This document shows positions 9,029 through 17,543 of a stretch of DNA of 44,044 nt, in pieces. Both the position numbers and the translations under genes were made by a program. The stretch is from a virus. The stretch lies in IMG/VR virus record IMGVR_UViG_3300029084_000003; one strand, written 5' to 3'. Position 1 is the stretch's first letter, and the number at the start of each line of letters is the position of its first letter. The notes below the pieces were generated by a model. That model did not search any database. It saw only the letters and a program-made list of their open reading frames with translations, and was not told where the DNA came from.

Positions 9029-9377
9029 CAGAATCACCATCCTCTTCCGGCAATTCTGAGCGAAGCTGATTGATGATATTTGTGGTTGATGTTTGCAACG
9101 GAAATCGCATGACTTCAGCACCCATACCTCGGTAGTCATAGTCTTCCTTCACTTGCTTCATAAGTGCTGTGAAAAAACGATCCCGAGTTTCTGGATTGCT
9201 TAGAAATTGTTCCGGATTTGATCCAAAACTAATAGCCGAACTGATTTCACCACAAGCGTCATGCACCAGTTGCATAATCATTGGGTCTTCGATTGTCTGA
9301 TCAACTTTCAAGTACATTTTCAGAACCTGAAACTGTTCATCAGTCAGTGGGCTTTTGTCAAGCGTAGTATCTGCCAA
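9018..9377 (-). CDS. gp6-like head-tail connector protein
   Basis: 119 aa, acidic. Reads LTDEQFQVLKMYLKVD...DPMIMQLVHDACGEI, typical of the phage gp6-like connector family. Confidence 0.65.
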   Translation of the reverse strand: MADTTLDKSPLTDEQFQVLKMYLKVDQTIEDPMIMQLVHDACGEISSAISFGSNPEQFLSNPETRDRFFTALMKQVKEDYDYRGMGAEVMRFPLQTSTTNIINQLRSELPEEDGDSDAN

Positions 9378-9387
9378 GAGTAATCAC

Positions 9388-9657
9388 CTACCCGGCGTTA
9401 ACAGTAACGGCAAGTGTTGAGCTGATGCCATTAGTGCTAAATGTGATTGTCGCTGTGCCCGCTGCCAGATTGGTAATAGTGTAAACACCATCGGACTTCT
9501 TAACAACCGTAGCGACGCTTTCATCGCTCGACACAGCTTCGACTGCTTGAGGAGCGCCATCAGGAGTGACTGTCACCGTGATATCTTTTGTGGCACCGAC
9601 ACCACCCGTGAACGTTTTCTGGCTCAAAGTCACTCCGTCAGGCGTTACGCTTTTGGG
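9388..9657 (-). CDS. Ig-like (Big_2-type) C-terminal extension of the major capsid protein, reached by -1 frameshift
   Basis: The -1 frame after CCCAAAA reads PKSVTPDGVTLSQKTFTGGVGATKDITVTVTPDG...TLAVTVNAG*. The 81-aa ORF in the track (9388..9633) is this frame. Confidence 0.7.
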   Translation of the reverse strand, partial: PKSVTPDGVTLSQKTFTGGVGATKDITVTVTPDGAPQAVEAVSSDESVATVVKKSDGVYTITNLAAGTATITFSTNGISSTLAVTVNAG

Positions 9658-10847
9658 GTATATGTGAGGAAGTACCCTGCTTTTTCGTCAGCAACAGATA
9701 CACCAAAGCGCATTCCTGCTTGCAAATATTGACCGTGAATCTGGTCATCCGTCCAACGCACCATGAAGTCTGCGCGGTTAGCAAACAGAATCGCCCGCTT
9801 GATGTCACCCAAAAAGGCGTGTGCTTCGCCTGCTGCACCCAAAGTATCATCAGATACAACAACAATCGGCATACCAAGAACGCTCTTGCCAGACGGGGTC
9901 AAGATACTGTCTTGCAACAAGTAACGGCCATTACCGTCTTTCACCGTATCCAAGAAGTTGTAAAAGCTCTGGGACGCGATGATTGCACGAGAGTACGCAG
10001 GGTCCAAATCCACGTTGTTGATATGCTTCAAATCATCAATGCTAGAGATCGTCTTGGCAGTGAAGCTTTTCAGCAGAGTTGCAACGGCACTGTTAGTCGT
10101 GTTGACCTTAATCTGTTGTGCGTTCTGGGCAATCAACCCAACCAAATCAATTGCGGAGTCGTCAATAGATTCCTGTGAAACTGGAAGAGCCTGACGATAC
10201 GTTTCAACAGACCAGTCGATCGATTTGAAGTCCGGTTTTGCCATTGCTGGGTTCTTTTCCAACTCGGCAACAGTAGCCATCTTGGTTGTAGCATTTGCAA
10301 CTGTTGGGTAAGTACCCTTTTGTGTGGAGGCTTGGAATACGTTCGTGAAAGGTTTCAGATCAACAACAGTCTGCAATTCACGTTGTGGGTTGTTGCTAAT
10401 GGTTTCCGGAATGGTCACGGCCGCGTCTGCTGCCTTAACACCTGCATTTACAGCATCACTGGCATCGGTAGGATCGGCACGAAAGATTGCAAATTCACCA
10501 GCTTCTGTCTTTTCAAAATTGACGCCATCAGTATTACGACCACGAGTATGCAAATAAGCATTCAGTGCATCGCGATAGCTATGCTCTTCCGGATGATTGG
10601 GCTTCTTCCCACTCGGCTGTTCATTGCCTTTCAACGCAGCCTCGTATAAGTCACGTTTTTCTTCAAGATCTTTGATCTCTTTGCCAGCTTTATCATACTT
10701 GGCACGAACGCCTTCTGCCTTCTTCAGGTTTTCCTCGGAATCTTCACCTTCAAGTAAAGAACGAAGTTCTGTCTTCATAGCTGGCAACGCTGAACGCTTT
10801 TCATCAAGTTGCTTTTTAACAGCAGCTAATTTTTCATCTAAAGTCAT
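9645..10847 (-). CDS. Major capsid protein (HK97 fold)
   Basis: 400 aa with an N-terminal coiled-coil delta-like region. Follows the prohead protease. Ends ...TYTPKA with C CCA AAA GCG TAA. Confidence 0.9.
   Translation of the reverse strand: MTLDEKLAAVKKQLDEKRSALPAMKTELRSLLEGEDSEENLKKAEGVRAKYDKAGKEIKDLEEKRDLYEAALKGNEQPSGKKPNHPEEHSYRDALNAYLHTRGRNTDGVNFEKTEAGEFAIFRADPTDASDAVNAGVKAADAAVTIPETISNNPQRELQTVVDLKPFTNVFQASTQKGTYPTVANATTKMATVAELEKNPAMAKPDFKSIDWSVETYRQALPVSQESIDDSAIDLVGLIAQNAQQIKVNTTNSAVATLLKSFTAKTISSIDDLKHINNVDLDPAYSRAIIASQSFYNFLDTVKDGNGRYLLQDSILTPSGKSVLGMPIVVVSDDTLGAAGEAHAFLGDIKRAILFANRADFMVRWTDDQIHGQYLQAGMRFGVSVADEKAGYFLTYTPKA
9651..9657 (-). promoter_or_regulatory. Slippery heptamer C CCA AAA (-1 PRF, capsid gene)
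   Basis: Plus strand ttttggg, one codon before the capsid stop. Same context (CCCAAAAGCGTA) as at the tail gene. Confidence 0.7.
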
Positions 10848-10888
10848 CTAGTGACCCTCCTTATTTTTTGTATAAAAATAGGCACCGA

Positions 10889-11527
10889 TTATTCGATGCC
10901 CTTGAGCAATTCCTCTTTATTCAGTTGATAAAGCATCTTGCGCCGCTTAAGTTCCCATTCTGGCGGCTGATCTAGCGCTTTTATCTGTTCCAACGATCGT
11001 GCTCCGACCTTTACCTCAGTGTCTGGATAAGCAGGTGTTGTCACCGGCGAAACATCAAACAGATGATCAATGTTGTTGATCGTGCGCTCGTATTTAACCC
11101 CTCGTTCGCTTGACTTTTGCCACTTTTGCGCGTCTTTGTCTGGTGCAATCGTGAATGCAAAGCTTGACTGGCTGATAATTCCCCGACGAACATTTTCTAA
11201 CAAATCACGCCCAAGCTGTGTATCTGGAGGTGTCAACGTATATTTGAGCCCCGTTTCATCAACCGTCAGCTCTAAATTGACTCCCGTGCGGCCTAACACT
11301 TGGTTCTGGTCATGATTAAATAGCGCAACAACGTTACTCATGTCCGCATTGTCCAGCGCGTGTGGGGCAATGCGTTCGCGGAAACTCAGCTCGCCACTGC
11401 CCATAATCTCGGATTGTCTGTCGAATTTAAGGGCATAGCCCTCAATAACGGCAGGGTGATTATCATCCCCATCACGAATTTGCATTGGTGTTGCCGTCAT
11501 TCGTAGTTCCTTTGCCATTAGCATCAC
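10889..11527 (-). CDS. Prohead protease (HK97 / S78 family)
   Basis: Reads AVIEGYALKFDRQSE...VALFNHDQNQVLGRT. Lies between portal and capsid. The exact start is uncertain (several Met at the N-terminus, overlaps the portal 3' end). Confidence 0.85.
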   Translation of the reverse strand: MMLMAKELRMTATPMQIRDGDDNHPAVIEGYALKFDRQSEIMGSGELSFRERIAPHALDNADMSNVVALFNHDQNQVLGRTGVNLELTVDETGLKYTLTPPDTQLGRDLLENVRRGIISQSSFAFTIAPDKDAQKWQKSSERGVKYERTINNIDHLFDVSPVTTPAYPDTEVKVGARSLEQIKALDQPPEWELKRRKMLYQLNKEELLKGIE

Positions 11528-12725
11528 CTCCCTTCAATTGCGATGCGTGTTCAGCTTGATAAGCTTCCTTTTGATCAAGGAACACTGTGTTAAGTGTCGA
11601 CTGAATACGATCCATGTTCTGGTCTTTTAACGGTTTCTTTCCAAGCTCCGCACGTCCCTCGTTTCCAGTCCACAGTCCGCCATTAACTGCTGTATTTACG
11701 TCAGCAATCGGCAATCCGTTTACTGATTTTGTGTCGAATCCTATGCAATATTGGTGCCGTTGCGTGTCATCAAGCAGCTTGAGTTCAAACTCACTTGTAA
11801 TCGGTTCAAAGTAAAACGGAAGATCATTGCGAATATAGTCATCAGCAAGCTGTTTAACAGATTGGTTAGGACTATTTTGGGCTAATCGATACGCTGGCAC
11901 CCGCAAAGCCTTCGCAATCTGCGCTGTTGAATAGTTATTGCTGTTAATCAGATTAAGAACGTTGGTATCAACTTCCAACGGCTGATAATCCATCGTTGCA
12001 TCAACCACAATTGGTGAACCTGCATCAGCACCTGCCTGTGCCCTTTCAAAATCTTCACGAATCTTTTGGCGTGCTTCGGCAGACAGGCGGCTCTCCTTTG
12101 CTTTGATAATTGAGCCTTTCAAGCCGCTCTTGAAGAACTTCTGTAACGTTGAAACGCCTGACTCCTGTAGTCCAATTTCATCACCAAGCGACAACAGCGG
12201 TGAGCGCCCCATGATTGTATCGTATGAGAAAAATTTCCAGTGAATCACATCTTCAAAGCTACAAATTTTTTGCATAGTAGAGTTATAAGGCGTGAATCGG
12301 TACACAATATTGTCCGGATCGCTTGTATCCACTTGTGTCTGTGAAGGAGCATAAAACTCAAGTAGTGCCGGTTCGCTGGTTATCGGATCGCGCACAATAC
12401 GCGAATAAGCATTGCCAGTCAAAATTGCATTGACCATCATGGAAAATTTCCACTGATAAGCCGACAATCGCTTATTCACTTTGGTGTTCATCAAGTAGTC
12501 GATGTTCGACAAGTCAATAACTTCATCAGTTTCACGATCAGTAATCACCAACGGAAATCGGCTAACATCACCTGCGACAATTGAGACAGCTGTCAGCACA
12601 TCAGAATTCCGTAATGCAGAAATCCCAAGGTATCCACCTCGAAATGATGGGATTACCCCAGAATCAAGCAAATGATCTGCCCAGTGAGGGTCCACTTCGG
12701 TTGCCAATCCTCGAAATAGCTTCAT
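11472..12725 (-). CDS. Portal protein (HK97 family)
   Basis: 417 aa, directly downstream of TerL and upstream of the protease. Confidence 0.85.
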   Translation of the reverse strand: MKLFRGLATEVDPHWADHLLDSGVIPSFRGGYLGISALRNSDVLTAVSIVAGDVSRFPLVITDRETDEVIDLSNIDYLMNTKVNKRLSAYQWKFSMMVNAILTGNAYSRIVRDPITSEPALLEFYAPSQTQVDTSDPDNIVYRFTPYNSTMQKICSFEDVIHWKFFSYDTIMGRSPLLSLGDEIGLQESGVSTLQKFFKSGLKGSIIKAKESRLSAEARQKIREDFERAQAGADAGSPIVVDATMDYQPLEVDTNVLNLINSNNYSTAQIAKALRVPAYRLAQNSPNQSVKQLADDYIRNDLPFYFEPITSEFELKLLDDTQRHQYCIGFDTKSVNGLPIADVNTAVNGGLWTGNEGRAELGKKPLKDQNMDRIQSTLNTVFLDQKEAYQAEHASQLKGGDANGKGTTNDGNTNANS

Positions 12726-12730
12726 TCATC

Positions 12731-12922
12731 TCACCTCCCTTCGTTATCAGGAAGCAGCAGAATAAAGGCGAGAACAAACAACAAGCCGCCGCAAACCATG
12801 AATCCAGTAGGTCTATTGATCAAAAAAGCCCCATATCCAGCTAAAATGAAGCCTAAAACAGTGGCAATTCCAGCCATATTTGCGCCAAGAATTCTAAAAA
12901 AGTTAGCTAGTTTTCCATTCAC
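12731..12922 (-). CDS. Small membrane protein
   Basis: 63 aa with two hydrophobic helices. Tightly packed between TerL and portal. Confidence 0.5.
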   Translation of the reverse strand: MNGKLANFFRILGANMAGIATVLGFILAGYGAFLINRPTGFMVCGGLLFVLAFILLLPDNEGR

Positions 12923-12933
12923 ATTCTCACCTC

Positions 12934-14646
12934 CTAAAAGCCAAAGTCGTCACTAAACACACGGTCGTCGTCCAAATAGTTGTCCAAGTCTTCCTTGAAC
13001 GCGATGGCATAAGCATCAAGCGTGGCATCAATCATGTCTATTTTGTTAGCATACTTATTCTTATTAATACGGACGCCGTTGTTGTCAGACATTAGAACCG
13101 CGTTCATTGCGGCGGCCTGCATAATGCGATTATCTGAATGCTTTATGCGACCGCCTATAACATCATCGCGGAACTGCTTGGTCGGCATTGACAGCGTTAG
13201 CGTCCCTTGTCGCACCTGTACCATCGGCCACTCAGGATGATTCTTCTCAATTGCCGTTAGCATTGGTCCAAATTGATAAGGGTCGTACATGATACCTTGA
13301 ACATCCAAGTCATTACGTTCAATGAAGTCTTCGAGCCATTCATATACCCGATCGTTGTCAATGATACCTGACTCTAAGCTGCTGATCTCGCCTTCACTGT
13401 GTTGTTCAGCAGCCAAGTAGTCAATCCGATCTGTCTTGATTTTGTTATCAATTCCGCCTTTAGAAGCGACAAATGCATAACCATCGAGCCACCACCAGCC
13501 TTCTTGCGGGATTAACCAAGTAATGGCAAAAAGGTCGCTTGTACGACCAACATCAATACCAATCCAAGCTCTTTTGCCGCGAATATCAGGCTTTTCACTC
13601 AATTCAGCATCCTTCCAAGCATCGAAGTCTAAATAACTATCTTCAGTCGCTTGCCGCCAAATGTTGAAATTCTTGACCAGTTTTGCATTTAAACTGCCAT
13701 CAGCATGTGCTTGAGATAGTTTTGTAGTCAAATAGTCGGTGATCTGATCATGCACAATATCAACGTCAAGTAGCGGATTCGATTTGATCCAAGAATTGGG
13801 GTCATCAACCTCTTGTACGTTGTCTTGTTCAGCAATAAATGCAAAATAGCGTTCTGCTGTTTCTTCACCGGACAACACCTTTTTGGCATATGGATAATTT
13901 TGTTGAAACATCGGCACGTTCATGTCAAATCCAGCCGTTGAAATGATGAACGTCAGATAACTAGGCAGTAACACCTGCCCTGAGGCAAGAGTTTCAATCA
14001 TATCTGTTGTTTTAGCGTTGGCATATTCGTCAACCACCGCAACATGGGGTTCATAGCCATCGACAAGTCCTGTATCACGAGAGAATGAGCGAATTGTTGA
14101 TCCGTCGTCTAAATTGACAAGTTCATCTCGCGTAATCTTAACCATTCGTTTGATACCAGGGTCTTTCCGCATGAGCGCACGTAGTCGGTCTTTAACCATT
14201 CCGAATACAATGCCGGCCTGCTTGCGATCATTAGCAGCGGTATATAATTGCCGTTTGTTGGCTGGATTCTTTCCGAACAGAAATTCATACAGAATGACTC
14301 CAGAAATCAAAAGCGACTTACCGTTTTTTCGTGCCATCGAAATGAACACATCGGTAAATCGCCTTATATTTGAATCATCTTTATCAACCCAGCCATATAT
14401 ACTGCCAATAATGAATTTTTGAAACGGTGCTAATGGTTGTGGTTTTCCACTTTTTGGTTCTGGCAGAATCTCCATAAATTTAACAGCTTTTCCCGCTAGA
14501 TTTGGATCATATCGCCATCGCCAATCTGTTCGTTTCAAGTCTTCTTGATGCCGTTTCACCGCGAGATTAACTGCCTTAGAAGTAATAAGACGACCGTCTA
14601 GCACACGTTTTATGAAATTAGGCATTGGATCCTTAAATTTTGACAA
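12934..14646 (-). CDS. Terminase large subunit
   Basis: 570 aa. Walker-like SMARKNGKS, VVDEYA, and a C-terminal nuclease region. Confidence 0.9.
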   Translation of the reverse strand: MSKFKDPMPNFIKRVLDGRLITSKAVNLAVKRHQEDLKRTDWRWRYDPNLAGKAVKFMEILPEPKSGKPQPLAPFQKFIIGSIYGWVDKDDSNIRRFTDVFISMARKNGKSLLISGVILYEFLFGKNPANKRQLYTAANDRKQAGIVFGMVKDRLRALMRKDPGIKRMVKITRDELVNLDDGSTIRSFSRDTGLVDGYEPHVAVVDEYANAKTTDMIETLASGQVLLPSYLTFIISTAGFDMNVPMFQQNYPYAKKVLSGEETAERYFAFIAEQDNVQEVDDPNSWIKSNPLLDVDIVHDQITDYLTTKLSQAHADGSLNAKLVKNFNIWRQATEDSYLDFDAWKDAELSEKPDIRGKRAWIGIDVGRTSDLFAITWLIPQEGWWWLDGYAFVASKGGIDNKIKTDRIDYLAAEQHSEGEISSLESGIIDNDRVYEWLEDFIERNDLDVQGIMYDPYQFGPMLTAIEKNHPEWPMVQVRQGTLTLSMPTKQFRDDVIGGRIKHSDNRIMQAAAMNAVLMSDNNGVRINKNKYANKIDMIDATLDAYAIAFKEDLDNYLDDDRVFSDDFGF

Positions 14647-14667
14647 TCAGCATCACCTCCATCACAG

Positions 14668-15123
14668 TCAGCCAAAAGTATCAATGATTGAATCGTTCTT
14701 CTGTGCTTCAGTCTTAGGCATATTCATTTGCATCCGACTGTTAACATTCAACCCTAGATCACTCGCGAGGCTCTTAATGCTTGCGGTGGCCTTATTCAAG
14801 GTGCTAATGTACGCATAATATTCATCTTGATCTCCATTCTTTAAAGTCAATTTCATGTTGACCGATGTGTTTTTGTAAACCGAATACCATGTACAATAGT
14901 TTTCCAACTCGGCGCGATCGAGATTTCTAAGTGGTAAGGTCCCCAAAGATTCAATGATTCGTTTATATTCTTGCTTGGCGACTGGGTCAAGATGATTAGG
15001 CGGTGTTACCTGAAGTTTTGGAATGCCATCTTTGGCCATTAATTCCGCATGTAGCTTGGCTTCTTGCCGTTCTTTGGTCAAATCACCCTTAGACATTTGC
15101 AACACTTTGTATTTTCCAGCCAT
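14668..15123 (-). CDS. Terminase small subunit (P27 family-like)
   Basis: About 151 aa from MAGKYKVLQMSKG. Reads LDRAELENYCTWYSVYK. Lies directly upstream of TerL. The GTG at 15135 overlaps the RBS and was rejected as the start. Confidence 0.75.
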   Translation of the reverse strand: MAGKYKVLQMSKGDLTKERQEAKLHAELMAKDGIPKLQVTPPNHLDPVAKQEYKRIIESLGTLPLRNLDRAELENYCTWYSVYKNTSVNMKLTLKNGDQDEYYAYISTLNKATASIKSLASDLGLNVNSRMQMNMPKTEAQKNDSIIDTFG

Positions 15124-15135
15124 TTCCCACTTCAC

Positions 15136-15318
15136 CTCCTAATATCTATATAAAATGGGCTGAGTTTACCCCTGCCGCCTTAAAAATCGTTACAATTTGG
15201 GGTGCAAAAAAGAGGCCGACCGTTCTTCCGCTTCGAGAAATGTAACCCCCGATAAAAATGGAGGGGGGTCTGGAGGATTTCAGCCCGTTTGTTCGCCCGA
15301 TAAATTTCTTTCAAAAAT
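15136..15318. other. Non-coding spacer between the HNH and TerS genes; possible cos / packaging-recognition region
   Basis: 183 bp without an ORF. Contains G/C tracts (cccctgccgcc; ggaggggggtctggagg) and an ACCCCC/GGGGGT hairpin. HNH-TerS-TerL synteny is typical of cos phages. The cleavage site itself is not identifiable by eye. Confidence 0.3.
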
Positions 15319-16128
15319 TCAATTTTTGTAATTTTTATTTTTTATTTTCTTGAATTTTGCAAATTTGTTTTCTGATTTCATTTCGTCAAGTTTGTTCATC
15401 ACTTTGATGAGTTGACTCACATCTCGACCTTGCTTAGACAGTCTCTGGATGCATGTGTCTCGGTCAGTGTCGATGAGTATGTGTTCGACATCTCGACTAG
15501 CAAGCAATGTGTCTAGCTTCTCATCTGGATATGTCATGACTAACCACACATGGTCGAAGGTCTGCTCTGCTTTAAGCTTCCGCAGTATCAGCTCATAGAT
15601 TAGCTGCACATAATCATTGGCGTCTATATTGCCCTGATGTAATGGCAGGCCTGTTAACGCCGCCATAAGATGGTCGTAATCATAGACGAGGTCATGCTGT
15701 CCTTGATGTCGCTTGACGTAAGTTGACTTACCACTTGCTGGATAGCCAACGATTACTGTAATCTTCATGGCTCGATGCTGTCCCTTCTTACGCTTGGTTG
15801 TCTCACGTCTCGTCTTCCAATAGTGGCAGTCCCTGCATAAAGCCTGCAGATTATCCGCTTTCGTGCGGTCTTCCCAGTCATCTTCGCTTGGAACAATATG
15901 ATCAACCAATGAGGCTTGCAGGCCACAGCGTTGGCATAAACTGTTGTCTCTAATCAATATCTGCTCACGCAGCTGCTTCCATTCATTACTGTGATAGAAC
16001 CTAAGGTAGTCCGACTGCTGCTCATTCCGCACACGGTTGTACTGCCTATCCGCCTCCGATCTAACACGAGCATTTGCATCAACCAATTGTGGTCTGCCAT
16101 TTATAAAGGCAAGCTTCTTACTTGGCAT
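15319..16128 (-). CDS. HNH endonuclease fused to a P-loop kinase-like NTPase domain
   Basis: N-terminal half: CQRCG...VDHIVP...NLQALCRDCHYWKT (HNH). C-terminal half: MKITVIVGYPASGKSTYV (Walker A) with a later DTDRD motif. Confidence 0.75.
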   Translation of the reverse strand: MPSKKLAFINGRPQLVDANARVRSEADRQYNRVRNEQQSDYLRFYHSNEWKQLREQILIRDNSLCQRCGLQASLVDHIVPSEDDWEDRTKADNLQALCRDCHYWKTRRETTKRKKGQHRAMKITVIVGYPASGKSTYVKRHQGQHDLVYDYDHLMAALTGLPLHQGNIDANDYVQLIYELILRKLKAEQTFDHVWLVMTYPDEKLDTLLASRDVEHILIDTDRDTCIQRLSKQGRDVSQLIKVMNKLDEMKSENKFAKFKKIKNKNYKN

Positions 16129-16164
16129 GGATATCTCCCGTATACGATGTGTTAGTCATGCCCA

Positions 16165-16329
16165 TCACCCCTCGTGTAATCTAATGATGATCCCAAATAA
16201 GATAAACAACGCCAACAAAGCAATCATCACTATTAGTGGCGCGAATACTAGCAGCCAACTCCATGCGATCAAGCCGAATAGCTTGGCCATCACGAATATT
16301 AGTGTAAGCAGTAATAAGAAATTGCACAT
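16165..16329 (-). CDS. Small hydrophobic membrane protein
   Basis: Trimmed to MCNFLLLLTLIFVMAKLF... with RBS GGAGG. Two predicted TM helices. Confidence 0.45.
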   Translation of the reverse strand: MCNFLLLLTLIFVMAKLFGLIAWSWLLVFAPLIVMIALLALFILFGIIIRLHEG

Positions 16330-16330
16330 G

Positions 16331-16654
16331 CTAAATTGCCTCCGTGTATTGTTTGATCTTGTCAACCTGCAAGTCGCACCATTCATCATGTGTGCCGTCT
16401 GCCTTGTAGACTTTTACGACTGGCATTGAACGATAGCCTAGCTTGAGGAACCGTTCGTAGTCGTCCGCGTCTGCTGTGATGGTTGACACCGGCATTACTT
16501 GTGACAGCTTGAATATTGTTCGCCGACACTTTTGGCAGTGTGGCTTTGTGTAGATGATTGCTTGCATGTGTTTTTCTTCTCTCGATAGTTTCTCAATGAT
16601 TGCTTGCTCTGTGTGGCTTACATATCCGTAACCGACTCGCTTCATACCTGACAT
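16331..16654 (-). CDS. Glutaredoxin-like NrdH-type redoxin
   Basis: IIYTKPHCQKCRRT (CxxC) in a thioredoxin-fold-sized protein. The true start may be the internal MQAIIYTK. Confidence 0.65.
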   Translation of the reverse strand: MSGMKRVGYGYVSHTEQAIIEKLSREEKHMQAIIYTKPHCQKCRRTIFKLSQVMPVSTITADADDYERFLKLGYRSMPVVKVYKADGTHDEWCDLQVDKIKQYTEAI

Positions 16655-16720
16655 AACTTACACCGCCAACTTGAATGTAGAGGCGAGCTTCCTAATGTCA
16701 CCGATCTGTTCATCTGTCCA

Positions 16721-16749
16721 TTGCATCTACTCGCCTCCTGAAATATAAT
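16721..16749 (+). promoter_or_regulatory. Near-consensus sigma-70 promoter on the plus strand (TTGCAT-17 nt-TATAAT)
   Basis: TTGCAT at 16721..16726, exact 17-nt spacer, TATAAT at 16744..16749. It points away from all neighbouring minus-strand genes. Confidence 0.5.
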
Positions 16750-16754
16750 GACCG

Positions 16755-16840
16755 TGAGCAGTTTGATGACGCTGCTCACATTCTCATGAAGAACTTCCCG
16801 AGTTTTTAAGCCCTCGGATTCGGCTCCGAAAGCTTTTTTG
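16755..16840 (+). ncRNA. Putative small RNA A
   Basis: The 5' hairpin GTGAGCAG/CTGCTCAC (16754..16779) starts at the predicted +1. Ends in short hairpins and a T6 run at 16833..16838. Confidence 0.3.
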
Positions 16841-16924
16841 TTGCTTAAAAAATTTCGATGAGTTAGAAATAAATTGTTCCCAACAGATACTCATTTTCAC
16901 TCCTCTGTAATACCCTATCCTTAG

Positions 16925-16953
16925 GCTCTCGGCCCCCAACCGAGGGCTATTTT
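16925..16953 (+). terminator. Plus-strand intrinsic terminator
   Basis: GCTCTCGG-cccccaa-CCGAGGGC followed by TATTTT. Confidence 0.5.
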
Positions 16954-16988
16954 AGTATCTTCTATCAGGAATGTGCTAATATATATGC

Positions 16989-17090
16989 GTGAGCAGTGTC
17001 CTTTCTCCTCCAAGTCAACCGCTGCTGCTCACACAAGTATTTCGTTTTTTCATTCTTTTGGCTCTTGGACTGGTCTCTGAGGGCTTTTTT
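16989..17090 (+). ncRNA. Putative small RNA B (paralogous 5' hairpin to RNA A)
   Basis: Extended -10 TGCTAATAT (16974..16982). The hairpin GTGAGCAG...CTGCTCAC begins at +1 and has a CU-rich loop CCTTTCTCCTCC. Terminator hairpin plus T6 at 17085..17090. Confidence 0.3.
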
Positions 17091-17091
17091 G

Positions 17092-17120
17092 TTGCACTTT
17101 GTATAAGCTTATATGATAAT
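17092..17120 (+). promoter_or_regulatory. Promoter of the CsbD-like gene (TTGCAC-17 nt-GATAAT)
   Basis: TTGCAC 17092..17097, 17-nt spacer, GATAAT 17115..17120. The RBS AAAGGAGG follows. Confidence 0.55.
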
Positions 17121-17144
17121 TGATGTTAAAAGGAGGTAATATCT

Positions 17145-17363
17145 ATGAGTTTAGATGGTAAAGTCGACAGCACCAAGGACAAGATCTCCGGTAAAGCTAA
17201 AGAAGTTGAAGGCAAAGTAACGGGTGATAAGGCTCGTGAAACACAGGGCAAAGCAGAAGGAATACTTGGCAAGGCCAAGGAAAAGCTTGATGATGCCAAA
17301 GATGCTGTTAAAGATACAGTAGATGATGTGAAAAACAAGCTCAGCACAGATAAGAAAGACTAA
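17145..17363 (+). CDS. CsbD-family general stress protein (moron)
   Basis: 72 aa: MSLDGKVDSTKDKISGKAKEVEGKVTGDKARETQGKAEGILGKAKEKLDDAKDAVKD. This is the typical CsbD repeat pattern. It has its own promoter, RBS and terminator, on the strand opposite the lytic genes. Confidence 0.8.
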   Translation: MSLDGKVDSTKDKISGKAKEVEGKVTGDKARETQGKAEGILGKAKEKLDDAKDAVKDTVDDVKNKLSTDKKD

Positions 17364-17370
17364 TTAACTG

Positions 17371-17393
17371 GCCGGCAAACTGCCGGCTTTTTT
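17371..17393 (+). terminator. Intrinsic terminator of the CsbD-like gene
   Basis: GCCGGCA-aac-TGCCGGC followed by TTTTTT. Confidence 0.8.
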
Positions 17394-17454
17394 GTCGCCT
17401 TTTTAAACCTGTACAAATCCGGTACAAGAGTTTTACAGGTTTGATAAACTCAAT

Positions 17455-17543
17455 TGTTATACTAGTCGTGCAAGGTCGGTCCGCCTTGCAATCACACTTA
17501 CCCCCATACACGCCTTCAGTTCTGGGGAGCTGGAGGCTTTTTT
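17455..17543 (+). ncRNA. Putative small RNA with its extended -10 promoter
   Basis: TGTTATACT at 17455..17463. Hairpin TGCAAGG/CCTTGCA begins at +1 (17469). C-rich single strand ACCCCCA. Terminator GCCTTCAG/CTGGAGGC plus T6 (17512..17543). Confidence 0.35.

Noticed and set aside
16658-16894. Minus-strand micro-ORFs of 22 aa (16658..16726) and 36 aa (16784..16894) with good RBSs
   Set aside because: Not rejected outright. They are left out of the feature list because they coincide exactly with the plus-strand consensus promoter and CU-rich segments, where an RBS on one strand equals an anti-SD on the other. Sequence alone cannot decide which strand is functional.
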